DNA from: Acidimicrobiales bacterium
Lineage (GTDB): Bacteria; Actinomycetota; Acidimicrobiia; Acidimicrobiales; QHCF01
DNA length: 64,000 nt
NCBI GenBank assembly: GCA_039583615.1
Contig: JAVKSQ010000002.1
Span: forward strand, 32,346 to 96,345
Direction: 5' to 3'
The translations under genes were made by a program, and so were the position numbers. Positions 40,258 to 49,087 of the stretch are shown in pieces (positions within the stretch are counted from its first letter, which is position 1; the number at the start of each line of letters is the position of its first letter). Below the pieces are notes generated by a model. That model saw only the letters and a list, made by a program, of their open reading frames with translations, was not told the DNA's origin and made no database searches.

Positions 40258-41441
40258 CTGCCGCTGGCTTCCGGCCCCCGGTCTATCCCTACGAGCGCCT
40301 GGCCGGGGCCAGGCGGCTGGCCGAGGCCCACCCCGGCGGCATGGTCGACCTCTCCATCGGCACCCCGACCGATCCCCCCCCGCCGGCCGTGGTGGCGGCC
40401 CTGTCCGCCTCGAGTGCTGAGCGGGGCTACCCGGCATCGGTGGGCAGCCTTCGATACCGGGAGGCGGCCCGCCAGTGGATCAGGCGACGGCTGGGCGCCG
40501 AGGTGCCCGTGGAGGCCATCGCGGCCTGCGTGGGGACCAAGGAGCTGGTGGCCTCCCTGCCCTGGGTCCTGCGCCTGCGCCGGCCCGACCGGGACACCGT
40601 GCTGTACCCGGCCCTGTCCTATCCCACCTACGAGATGGGCGCGGTGCTGGCCGGCTGCCGTCCGGTGGCTGTGCCCCTGGGCCGGGCCGGGCGGCTCGAC
40701 CTGGGGGCGATCGCCGACGCCGACGCCGAGCGGGCGCTGCTGGTGTGGGCCAACTCGCCCGGGAACCCGGCCGGCCAGCTCGAGGACCTGGGGGCGGTGG
40801 CCGCATGGGGGCGGGCCAGGGACGTGGTGGTGGCCAGCGACGAATGCTACGCCGAGCTGACCTGGGACGCAGCGCCTGCCAGCATCCTCGAGCACGGCCC
40901 GGAGGGCGTCCTGGCCCTGCACTCGCTGTCCAAGCGGTCCAACCTGGCCGGCCTGCGAGCCGGGTTCTATGCCGGCGACCCTGAGCTGGTCTCCTACCTC
41001 TCCGAGACCCGCAAGCACGCCGGCCTCATGGTCCCGGGCCCGGTCCAGGTGGCGGCGGCGGTGGCCCTGGACGACGACGAGCACGTCGAGGCGCAACGCC
41101 GGCGCTACCGCCAGCGCCTGGAGCGGGCGCGGGCCATCCTGGCTGCCATCGGGGTCGACGTCCCTTTTCCAAGGGGAAGCCTCTACCTCTGGGCGCCCGT
41201 CCCGCCCACTGGCGTCCCTCCCGCCGTCGGACCGCTCGCCACCCAGGCCGGCGGCGGCGCCGGCCTGGGTGGCGGCCCGGCTTGGGTGTTCACCGAGTGG
41301 CTGGCCGGCCAGGCAGGTGCCCTGGTCAGCCCGGGGGACCTCTACGGGCCGGCCGGGGCCGGCCACGTGCGCATGGCCATGGTGGCGCCCCTCGACCGCC
41401 TCGAAGTGGTGGCCCGGCGCCTGGGGGTGGGTGCGCCCTAG
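40254..41441 (+). CDS. dapC: N-succinyldiaminopimelate aminotransferase
   Basis: DLSIGTPTDP, NSPGNP, SDECY and SLSKRSNLAGLRAG; dap gene context. Confidence 0.88.
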   Translation: MTAAGFRPPVYPYERLAGARRLAEAHPGGMVDLSIGTPTDPPPPAVVAALSASSAERGYPASVGSLRYREAARQWIRRRLGAEVPVEAIAACVGTKELVASLPWVLRLRRPDRDTVLYPALSYPTYEMGAVLAGCRPVAVPLGRAGRLDLGAIADADAERALLVWANSPGNPAGQLEDLGAVAAWGRARDVVVASDECYAELTWDAAPASILEHGPEGVLALHSLSKRSNLAGLRAGFYAGDPELVSYLSETRKHAGLMVPGPVQVAAAVALDDDEHVEAQRRRYRQRLERARAILAAIGVDVPFPRGSLYLWAPVPPTGVPPAVGPLATQAGGGAGLGGGPAWVFTEWLAGQAGALVSPGDLYGPAGAGHVRMAMVAPLDRLEVVARRLGVGAP

Positions 41442-41463
41442 GCCGGCGCTAACGTCGAGGGCC

Positions 41464-42309
41464 ATGTCCGACCCGGCTGGCACCGCCGTCCTCCAGGCTC
41501 GCATCACCGAGCTGTGGGAGGGGCGGGCCAACCTGAGCCCAGCCGACAGGGTCGCCCGGGAGCCGGTGGTGGAGGCCGTCACCCTCCTCGACACCGGCCA
41601 GGCACGGGTCGCCGAGGTCGACTGGGCCAGCGGTGAGGTGAAGGTCAACGAGTGGCTCAAGCTGGCCATCCTGTTGCTGTTCCGGCTGAGTGCCATGGAG
41701 AGCATCGAGCTGGGGCCCTTCGAGTACGCCGACCGCATCCCCCTCAAGCGGCACTTCGCCGCTGGTGGCGTGAGGGTGGTGCCGGGCGCGTCGGCCCGGT
41801 GGGGCTCGTTCCTCGACCGGGGAGTCGTGCTCATGCCCAGCTACGTGAACATCGGGGCACGGGTGGGGGCCAACACCATGGTCGACACCTGGGCGACGGT
41901 CGGCTCGTGCGCCCAGATCGGCGCCAACGTCCACCTCTCTGGGGGGGTTGGGATCGGGGGGGTGCTGGAGCCGGCCCAGGCCGCGCCGGTGGTCATCGGC
42001 GACGACGCCATGGTGGGCAGCCGGTGCATGGTGACCCAGGGGGCGCGGGTGGGTACGGGCTCGGTGCTGGGCGAGGGCACCATCCTCAATCCCTCGATCC
42101 CGGTCATCGACGCCGAGAGCGGCCAGGAGCTGAGCCGGGGAGTGGTCCCTGCCTGGTGTGTGGCGCTTACCGCCAGTCGCCGGCGCCAGTACCCCGGCGG
42201 GGAGTACTTCCTGCCTTGCGTCCTGGTGGTGAGACGCCTGGCCGAGGGCGAGCGCCACGACAAGGCGGCCCTCAACCAGGCGTTGCGAGAGCACGGCCTG
42301 GCGCCGTGA
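41464..42309 (+). CDS. dapD: Tetrahydrodipicolinate N-succinyltransferase
   Basis: MPSYVNIGA and TMVDTWATVGSCAQIG..VHLSGGVGIGGVLEP. Confidence 0.96.
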   Translation: MSDPAGTAVLQARITELWEGRANLSPADRVAREPVVEAVTLLDTGQARVAEVDWASGEVKVNEWLKLAILLLFRLSAMESIELGPFEYADRIPLKRHFAAGGVRVVPGASARWGSFLDRGVVLMPSYVNIGARVGANTMVDTWATVGSCAQIGANVHLSGGVGIGGVLEPAQAAPVVIGDDAMVGSRCMVTQGARVGTGSVLGEGTILNPSIPVIDAESGQELSRGVVPAWCVALTASRRRQYPGGEYFLPCVLVVRRLAEGERHDKAALNQALREHGLAP

Positions 42310-43421
42310 GCGGGTCGGCATCGTCGGGGACCCCAGCCCGGCCGCCGGGCGTGCCCGATCTGCTGGCTCGTACCGCCGCCCTGGTGGCGGTGCCGTCGGT
42401 CAGCCACCACGAGGCGGTCCTCGCCGACCTGCTCTGGGCCGAGCTCTCCCAGCGGGCCCACTGGCTGGAGCTCGACCGGGTAGGGCCCAACCTGGTGGCC
42501 CGCACCCACCTCGGGAGGCGGCGACGGGTGGTGCTGGCTGGGCACCTCGACACCGTCCCGCCCAACGGCAACGCCCGGCCCAGGATCGAGGGAGACGTCT
42601 GCCGGGGGCTGGGCGCCACCGACATGAAGGGCGGCCTGGCCGTCCTGGTCGAGCTGGCCCTGGGCCACCCTGCCCCGGCCACGGACGTCACCTACGTGCT
42701 CTACGCCTGCGAGGAGGTCGATCAGCGCTTCAACGGGCTGCGGGCGCTGGCCGCCGAGCACCCCGGCCTGCTGGAGGGGGACGCGGCGGTGCTGTGCGAG
42801 CCGACCGGTGCCCGCTTGGAGGCCGGCTGCCAGGGCACCCTGCGGGTGGCCGTGACGCTGGTGGGCGAACGGGCCCACACCGCCCGGGCATGGATGGGCC
42901 GCAACGCCGTCCATCGCCTGGCCCCCATGCTGGACACGGTGGCCTCTTACGAGGGGCGCCAACCGGTGCTGGACGGCTGCGAGTACCGGGAGGCGCTCCA
43001 GGCGGTGAGGGTCGAGGGCGGGGTGGCCAACAACGTGGTGCCAGACCGGGCTCGCCTGGTCCTCAACCACCGCTTCGCGCCGGACCGCAGCGTGGCCGAG
43101 GCCCTGGCTCACCTCGACGAAGTGCTGGGCGACTCGGTGGACCGGGAGGCCGGAGACCGCGTCGAGGTGGAGGATGCCGCCGCGCCGGCACCCCCCGCCC
43201 TGGGGCATCCCCTGCTGGCTCGCCTGGTGGAGCTCACCGGCGGCCGGGCGCGGGCCAAGCTGGGCTGGACCGACGTGTCGTTCTTCGCCGGCCGGGGGGT
43301 GCCGGCGGCCAACCTCGGCCCTGGTGACCCCAGCCTGGCCCACACCGCCGGCGAGCAAGTGGCGCGGAACGAGCTGGAGACGGTCTACGGCGTGCTGTCC
43401 CGGTTGATCGGCGACGGCTGA
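42306..43421 (+). CDS. dapE: Succinyl-diaminopimelate desuccinylase
   Basis: AGHLDTVP, DMKGG, CEEV, GWTDV and AH. Confidence 0.93.
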   Translation: MSGSASSGTPARPPGVPDLLARTAALVAVPSVSHHEAVLADLLWAELSQRAHWLELDRVGPNLVARTHLGRRRRVVLAGHLDTVPPNGNARPRIEGDVCRGLGATDMKGGLAVLVELALGHPAPATDVTYVLYACEEVDQRFNGLRALAAEHPGLLEGDAAVLCEPTGARLEAGCQGTLRVAVTLVGERAHTARAWMGRNAVHRLAPMLDTVASYEGRQPVLDGCEYREALQAVRVEGGVANNVVPDRARLVLNHRFAPDRSVAEALAHLDEVLGDSVDREAGDRVEVEDAAAPAPPALGHPLLARLVELTGGRARAKLGWTDVSFFAGRGVPAANLGPGDPSLAHTAGEQVARNELETVYGVLSRLIGDG

Positions 43422-43431
43422 GGCCCTTGGA

Positions 43432-44448
43432 TCAGGCGGCGACCTGGCGGACGGCGGCTACTGCCGCTCCCAGGATGCCGAGCCCCATGGCCGCCACCAC
43501 CGGCTGGCGGTGGGTGGACAGCCACAGCACGGGATCGCGGCGGTGGGCCTTGTCGTCGAAGGGCCCGTGGGCACCCTGGTCGGCGTCGGCATCTCTGGGC
43601 TCGAACAGGTTCGCCCCCAGGCGGGGCGCATCCCTCGACGTCTGCTGGCTCTTCACCCCGGTGCGACCCAGGTACCAGTCCAACAGCTTGGGAGCGAGGC
43701 GCTCGCCCAGGATCGTGTAGGCGGTGGAGATGCCCACCCACATGTTGCGCTTGGGATGCTCGGCCAGGAAGACGATGGCCTTGGCCGGCAGCTCGGGCTG
43801 GAAGACGGGGGGCACCGGCATGGGGTGCCCGGCCATCTTGTTGAGGTTCCAGTTGAACTGGGGGGTGTTGAGGCCGGGGAGCTGGACCGTGCAGATCTTC
43901 ACCTGGCTCTTCTCGTGTGCCAGCTCGGTCATGACCGACTCGGTGAAGCCGACCACTGCATGCTTGGCCCCGCAGTAGGCCGACTGCAGCGGGATGGACC
44001 GGTAGGCCATGGCCGAGCCGACGTTGACGATGACGCCGCGGTCCCGGGGCCTCATGCGTCCGAGGGCGGCCCAGGTGCCGTGGACCTGACCCATGTAGGT
44101 CACATCGGTCATGCGCCGGTACTCCTCCGGCGAGGTGTCCCAGAAGAAGGCCAGGGCACCGACGAAGGCGACGTTCACCCAGAGGTCGATCTCCCCCAGC
44201 TCGGTCTCGACGCGGGCGGTGGCCGCCTGCACCGCCTGGTAGTCGGCCACGTCGGTGGGGATGCCCAGGGCTCTCCCGCCGGCGTTCTCCACGTCCTTGG
44301 CTGCCCCGTCCAGCCCGGCCTGGCCGCGGGCCAGGATGGCCACGTCGTAGCCGTGCCGGGCGAGCTCTTGGACAGTGGCCCGGCCCACTCCGGCCGTGCC
44401 GCCGGTCACCACCGCCACCCTTCGTCCTGTGGGAGGTTCCATCACCAC
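43432..44448 (-). CDS. SDR family oxidoreductase
   Basis: TGGTAGVG, YCGAK and NTPQF. Confidence 0.95.
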   Translation of the reverse strand: MVMEPPTGRRVAVVTGGTAGVGRATVQELARHGYDVAILARGQAGLDGAAKDVENAGGRALGIPTDVADYQAVQAATARVETELGEIDLWVNVAFVGALAFFWDTSPEEYRRMTDVTYMGQVHGTWAALGRMRPRDRGVIVNVGSAMAYRSIPLQSAYCGAKHAVVGFTESVMTELAHEKSQVKICTVQLPGLNTPQFNWNLNKMAGHPMPVPPVFQPELPAKAIVFLAEHPKRNMWVGISTAYTILGERLAPKLLDWYLGRTGVKSQQTSRDAPRLGANLFEPRDADADQGAHGPFDDKAHRRDPVLWLSTHRQPVVAAMGLGILGAAVAAVRQVAA

Positions 44449-44478
44449 TTCCCCGTAACTGGTCGACTACCGCCGCCC

Positions 44479-44503
44479 TACCCCGGCCCACCATCGGCCA
44501 AAC
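44479..44503 (-). promoter_or_regulatory. SigF/SigB-type general stress promoter
   Basis: Minus strand GTTT-N16-GGGTA about 30 nt upstream of the SDR start. Confidence 0.6.
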
Positions 44504-44594
44504 TGGGCCGTCCCCGGTCGGCGACCACCTGGGCAGCGAGGCTCTGGCTGGCGCCGGGCGAGCCCAACCGGCTCGTATTGGGTAAAGCCCCGTC

Positions 44595-45125
44595 GTGGGG
44601 CGCTCACAGAGCTTGGCTGAGCGGGTGTGCCTGCCGCTGCGCTTCCTGGTCCTCATGGGCGTCAGCCTGGCCATGGTGGGGGTGGCCGGGCACTTCCTGG
44701 GATGGCCGCTGCTGGCCTCCACGTTGGGCCCGACCGCCTACGTGTTCGCCGCTCATCCCCGGCGGGAGGAGGCCAAGCGACGCAGTGCCATCCTCGGTCA
44801 CGGCATCGCACTGGCCGTGGGCCTGTTCTGCCTGGCCGTCTTCGGCCTGTGGCATCACCCGTCCATCGCCCAGCAGGGCCACCTGGCCGTGAGCCAGGTG
44901 GGGGCGGCCGCTCTGGCCGGCGCTCTGACCATCGCCGTGCTGGAGGTGATCGGCACCCACCACGCCCCGGCCGGGGCCACCGCCTTGTTGGTGGCCACCG
45001 GCCTGGCCAAGCCCGGTCCGCCCCTCTACGGCCTGGTGCTGGGCCTGGCCTTTCTCATCCTGGTCGGCCCGGAGCTGAGCCGCCGGTTCCCGCTGGCCCG
45101 CAGCCCGACGGACGAGGCGACCTAG
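44595..45125 (+). CDS. HPP family membrane protein
   Basis: LGPTAY, ILGH and HHAPAGATALL (HPP motif variant). Confidence 0.8.
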   Translation: MGRSQSLAERVCLPLRFLVLMGVSLAMVGVAGHFLGWPLLASTLGPTAYVFAAHPRREEAKRRSAILGHGIALAVGLFCLAVFGLWHHPSIAQQGHLAVSQVGAAALAGALTIAVLEVIGTHHAPAGATALLVATGLAKPGPPLYGLVLGLAFLILVGPELSRRFPLARSPTDEAT

Positions 45126-45814
45126 AGCCGGCGAACGACGGTGACCACCTTGCCGTAGACAGTGACGTCGCCGGGGTCGAGGACCATGGGCTGGAGGCGC
45201 CGGTTGGCCGGGCTGAGCACGACCTTGGCCCCCCGACGGCTCCAGGTCTTGACGGTGCCCTCCTCTCCCGGGATCCCCGCCACCACCACATCGCCCTTGT
45301 CGACCTGGGTCTGCTGGTGGACCACCACGTAGTCGCCGTCGAGGATCCCGGCGTCGACCATGGAGTCGCCCCTCACCCTCAGCATGAACAGCGGGCCCGA
45401 GCCAGTGAGGTCCTCGGGCATCGGCAGGACCTCCTCCAGGTTCTCCTGAGCCAGCACGTCGGTGCCGGCTGCCACGTCGCCCACCAGCGGGACATGACGG
45501 ACCGGCCGGCTGGCCAACGCCGCTCCGGATGAGGGCTCGTAGCGGACCTCGATGGCCCGGGGCTTGGCCGGGTCCCGCCTCAGGTATCCCTGGCGCTGGA
45601 GGACGCCCAGATGGTTGTGGACGGTGGACGAGGAGGCGAGGCCCACCGCCTCGCCGATCTCCCGCACCGAGGGTGGGTAGCCCCGCTCCCGCAGCTGCGC
45701 CGCTATGAAGTCCAGGATCTGCCGCCGCTTGGCGGTGAGGACGGCGGCCTCACCGGTGTCGGCCCACCGAACCTGGTCAGCCTCCTCGGTCGCCGCCTCG
45801 TCGGTTGAGCCCAT
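45122..45814 (-). CDS. lexA: SOS repressor LexA
   Basis: GYPPSVREIG, VAAG cleavage site, GDSM and TVK. Confidence 0.98.
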   Translation of the reverse strand: MGSTDEAATEEADQVRWADTGEAAVLTAKRRQILDFIAAQLRERGYPPSVREIGEAVGLASSSTVHNHLGVLQRQGYLRRDPAKPRAIEVRYEPSSGAALASRPVRHVPLVGDVAAGTDVLAQENLEEVLPMPEDLTGSGPLFMLRVRGDSMVDAGILDGDYVVVHQQTQVDKGDVVVAGIPGEEGTVKTWSRRGAKVVLSPANRRLQPMVLDPGDVTVYGKVVTVVRRL

Positions 45815-45864
45815 GGCGTCCCCCTCCGGTCGTCCTCCAGGTTAGCAGCGGGCGACCGGGCTGG

Positions 45865-45964
45865 CAAACGTGCGTTCGGGCCGGCGCCCGGCCTTGGCCG
45901 GGCCAGCTGCTCTTGACGGCAAACACGTGTTCGTGGTTGTATGGGCCGGGCGAACCTGCGTTCG
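45865..45964. promoter_or_regulatory. Three SOS (LexA) boxes
   Basis: CAAAC-GTGC-GTTCG (45865), CAAAC-ACGT-GTTCG (45920) and CGAAC-CTGC-GTTCG (45951). Confidence 0.88.
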
Positions 45965-46045
45965 TGGCCGACGGGTTCCGCGGTTGTCGGTCGGGGTGGC
46001 CAGGTCGGTCGGGATGGGCCGGTAGGAGGGACTAGGGAGTTGGCA

Positions 46046-46435
46046 ATGACAGCAGTGGCCCTGGTGGCAGGCCAGCCCCCCAGCGGGGGCGACCCTCCCG
46101 TTCGGGGACCTGGCCGCGCCGGGCGGATCGCGCATCGCCGGCGCCGGATGGTGGCGGGCCTGCTGGTGGGGGCCCTGCTGGTGGGGGCCCTGGTGGCTCT
46201 GCCCGGCCGGCTCGGGGGCGGACCCCTCACCGCCCCCGAGCCGGGACCGGAGGGCTCGCCCATCCCGGCCGGCCAGACGACCTACGTGGTGCACCGGGGC
46301 GACACCCTGTGGTCCATCGCCGACCGGATGAGGCCCGGTGGCGACCCGCGGCCGCTGGTCGACCAGCTGGCGTCCGAGGCCGGCCGCCCGCAGATCCAAG
46401 TAGGCCAGCGGATCAGCCTTCCGGGACAACGCTGA
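46046..46435 (+). CDS. LysM membrane protein (ChiZ/YneA-like SOS division inhibitor)
   Basis: TM segment then YVVHRGDTLWSIA; divergent from lexA. Confidence 0.85.
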   Translation: MTAVALVAGQPPSGGDPPVRGPGRAGRIAHRRRRMVAGLLVGALLVGALVALPGRLGGGPLTAPEPGPEGSPIPAGQTTYVVHRGDTLWSIADRMRPGGDPRPLVDQLASEAGRPQIQVGQRISLPGQR

Positions 46436-46495
46436 GCCCCCCGCCGACCATCCTCGCCGCCGAGGCGCACCGGCTACCGGCGGTATGGTTGGCAG

Positions 46496-47527
46496 ATGCG
46501 AGTGGGGGTCCTTACCGGTGGAGGTGACTGTCCCGGGCTCAACGCGGTCATCCGGGCGGTGGTTCGCAAGGGCCAGGTCCACTACGGCGACCAGCTGGTC
46601 GGCTTCTCGGATGGCTGGAAGGGGGTGGTCGAAGGGTCCAGCCGGTCTCTCGACATCGAGCACTGCCGAGGAATCCTGCCCCGCGGCGGTACCATCCTCG
46701 GGACCTCCAGGACCAACCCGTTCAAGATCGCCGGGGGAGTGGAGGCGGCCCTGGCCAACCTGGCCGGGCAACGGGTCGAGGCTTTGGTGGCCATCGGTGG
46801 CGAGGACACCCTGGGCGTCGCCCACCGCCTGGCCGAGCACGGCGTGCCGGTGGTCGGAGTGCCCAAGACCATCGACAACGACCTGTTCGCCACCGAGGTG
46901 ACCTTCGGGTTCCACACCGCAGTGCAGATCGCCACCGACGCCATCGACAGGCTGCACACCACCGCCGAGTCCCACGACCGGGTCATCGTGTGCGAGGTCA
47001 TGGGGCGCCACGCCGGCTGGATCGCCATCTACGCCGGCATCGCCGGAGGAGCAGCCGAGATCCTCGTACCCGAGGAGCCGTTCGACGTCGAGGTGGTGTG
47101 CGACAGCCTCAAGCGCCGCCACCAGGCCGGGCGCTTTGCCTCCATCGTGGTGGTGGCCGAGGGGGCGAAGCCCCGGGAGGGCACCTTGTCGCTCGGCTCG
47201 GGCGAGCTGGACCAGTTCGGCCACGAGCGCCTGGGAGGCATCGGCGCGGTCCTGGCCGCCGAGATCGAGTCACGGACCGGCTTCGAGTCGCGGGTGACCA
47301 TCCTCGGCCACATCCAGCGGGGAGGTACCCCCACTGCCTACGACCGCGTCCTGGCCACCCGCTTCGGAGTGGCGGCCATCGAGGCGGTCCACGACGGTGC
47401 CTTCGACACCATGGTCGCCCTCCGAGCCGACCACATCGTGCGGGTCCCCCTGGTCGAGGCGGTGAGCACCCTCAAGACGGTGGACCCGGCCCTGGTGCAC
47501 GACGTCGCCGAGGTCTTTTTCGCCTGA
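46496..47527 (+). CDS. pfkA: Phosphofructokinase, group III
   Basis: TGGGDCPGLN, GGEDT, PKTIDND, EVMGRHAG and LGHIQRGG. Confidence 0.95.
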   Translation: MRVGVLTGGGDCPGLNAVIRAVVRKGQVHYGDQLVGFSDGWKGVVEGSSRSLDIEHCRGILPRGGTILGTSRTNPFKIAGGVEAALANLAGQRVEALVAIGGEDTLGVAHRLAEHGVPVVGVPKTIDNDLFATEVTFGFHTAVQIATDAIDRLHTTAESHDRVIVCEVMGRHAGWIAIYAGIAGGAAEILVPEEPFDVEVVCDSLKRRHQAGRFASIVVVAEGAKPREGTLSLGSGELDQFGHERLGGIGAVLAAEIESRTGFESRVTILGHIQRGGTPTAYDRVLATRFGVAAIEAVHDGAFDTMVALRADHIVRVPLVEAVSTLKTVDPALVHDVAEVFFA

Positions 47528-47571
47528 GGGCTGGCCGGCGGCGTCCCCGCCCGGGCCGGCGAGAGCGCTGC

Positions 47572-47609
47572 TTCACCTGAGCGCAACACGGACGTCACCA
47601 GCCGAAAAC
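47572..47609 (+). promoter_or_regulatory. GlnR-type double box upstream of narK
   Basis: TTCAC-N6-GCAAC-N6-GTCAC-N6-AAAAC, followed by TACCGT -10 at 47620. Confidence 0.65.
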
Positions 47610-47649
47610 CAAGCACCCCTACCGTGCCACCAGGCGAGCGGAGGCGACG

Positions 47650-49047
47650 GTGGGCAACACGCATCTGATCGAGGACTGGCGGCCCGACGACGAAGCCTTC
47701 TGGCTGAGCTCCGGGCGCCGGGTGGCCCGGCGCAACCTGGCTTTCTCCATCATGGCCGAGTTCCTGGGCTTCTCGGTCTGGCAGCTGTGGAGCGTGGTGG
47801 CGGTCAAGCTCGGGGCAGCCGGCTTCCATTTCTCGACCGGCCGGCTCTTCTGGCTCATCTCCATCCCGGGCCTGGTCGGGGCAACCCTTCGCTTCCCCTA
47901 CACCTTCGCTCCGGCGCGCTTCGGCGGCCGCAACTGGACGGTCGTGAGCGCGCTGGCCCTCTTGCTCCCAGCCATCGGTCTGGCGGCCGCCGTGAGCAAC
48001 CCGGGCACGCCGTACTGGGTCTTCTTGGTCCTGGCTGCCACCGCCGGCCTGGGCGGCGGGAACTTCTCCTCCAGCATGGCCAACATCTCGTTCTTCTATC
48101 CGGACCGGTCGAAGGGAACCGCCCTGGGCGTCAACGCGGCCGGCGGCAACGTCGGGGTGGCGGTGGTCCAGAGGCTGGTTCCCTGGGTCGTCACCGGCGG
48201 TATCGGCGGAGCCATCCTGGGAGGTTCCACCGGCCACCATGTTCCCTCCGGCCATCAGGGCCTGTTCCTCCAGAACGCCGGGCTGGTCTACGTGCCCCTC
48301 ATCGTGGTGGCGGCCATCGGGGCCTGGCGGTACATGGACAACCTGGCCGGCTCGCGGTCGAGCTTCTCGGATCAGGCGGTGGTCTTGAAGCGGGGGTACA
48401 CCTGGACGGTCATGTGGCTGTACTTCGGGGCCTTCGGCTCCTTCATCGGGTACTCGGCGGCCCTGCCCCTGCTGATCAAGACTCAGTTCAGGGAGGTCGA
48501 TCCCCTGGCCTACGCCTTTCTCGGTCCTCTGGTCGGGTCCATGGCCCGGCCGTTAGGGGGCTGGCTGTCCGACCGGGTGGGGGGAGCCAGGGTCACGGCC
48601 GCCACCTTTGTCGGGATGTCGGCGGCCGTGCTGGCAGTGCTGGCGTTCCTGCATGGTCACGCCTTCGGCGGGTTCCTGGCCATGTTCCTGGTGCTGTTCG
48701 TGCTGTCGGGAATGGCCAACGGCTCGGTGTTCTGCATGGTGCCGGCGGTGGCCCGCAAGTGGGTGTTCGACCGCCTGGGAGACAATCCCGAGACCCAGGC
48801 GGTGGCCCGCCGGGAGGCGGCGGCCGTCATCGGCTTGAGCGCGGCGGCGGCTGCCTACGGAGGCTTCCTGATCCCCCAGGGCTTCAACGCCTCCCTCTCG
48901 GCCACCGGCGCGGCCGACACCGCCTTCTACTTCTTCCTGGCCCTCTACGTCTCGTGCGTGGTCGTCACCTACCTGCAGTTCATCACCCGCTCAGCGGCTC
49001 CCCTGTCGCGCTTGGCGCGCTGGAGCATGGCCGAGGCCAACCCCTGA
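47650..49047 (+). CDS. narK: NarK/NNP nitrate-nitrite MFS transporter
   Basis: GGGNFSSSMANISFFYP, AAGGNVG, FGSFIGYS and RPLGGWLSDRVGG. Confidence 0.95.
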   Translation: MGNTHLIEDWRPDDEAFWLSSGRRVARRNLAFSIMAEFLGFSVWQLWSVVAVKLGAAGFHFSTGRLFWLISIPGLVGATLRFPYTFAPARFGGRNWTVVSALALLLPAIGLAAAVSNPGTPYWVFLVLAATAGLGGGNFSSSMANISFFYPDRSKGTALGVNAAGGNVGVAVVQRLVPWVVTGGIGGAILGGSTGHHVPSGHQGLFLQNAGLVYVPLIVVAAIGAWRYMDNLAGSRSSFSDQAVVLKRGYTWTVMWLYFGAFGSFIGYSAALPLLIKTQFREVDPLAYAFLGPLVGSMARPLGGWLSDRVGGARVTAATFVGMSAAVLAVLAFLHGHAFGGFLAMFLVLFVLSGMANGSVFCMVPAVARKWVFDRLGDNPETQAVARREAAAVIGLSAAAAAYGGFLIPQGFNASLSATGAADTAFYFFLALYVSCVVVTYLQFITRSAAPLSRLARWSMAEANP

Positions 49048-49076
49048 GCCTTCCCGGGGACCTCGTTCGGGAAGGC
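49048..49076. terminator. Hairpin between convergent narK and inositol monophosphatase genes
   Basis: GCCTTCCCG-N11-CGGGAAGGC immediately after the narK stop. Confidence 0.6.
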
Positions 49077-49087
49077 CGCCGGCGGGC

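Noticed and set aside
38053-41834. Long antisense ORFs (509 and 739 aa) and similar shadow ORFs across the window
   Set aside because: They mirror well-supported genes, have R/P/G/A-rich low-information translations, and are expected at this GC content.
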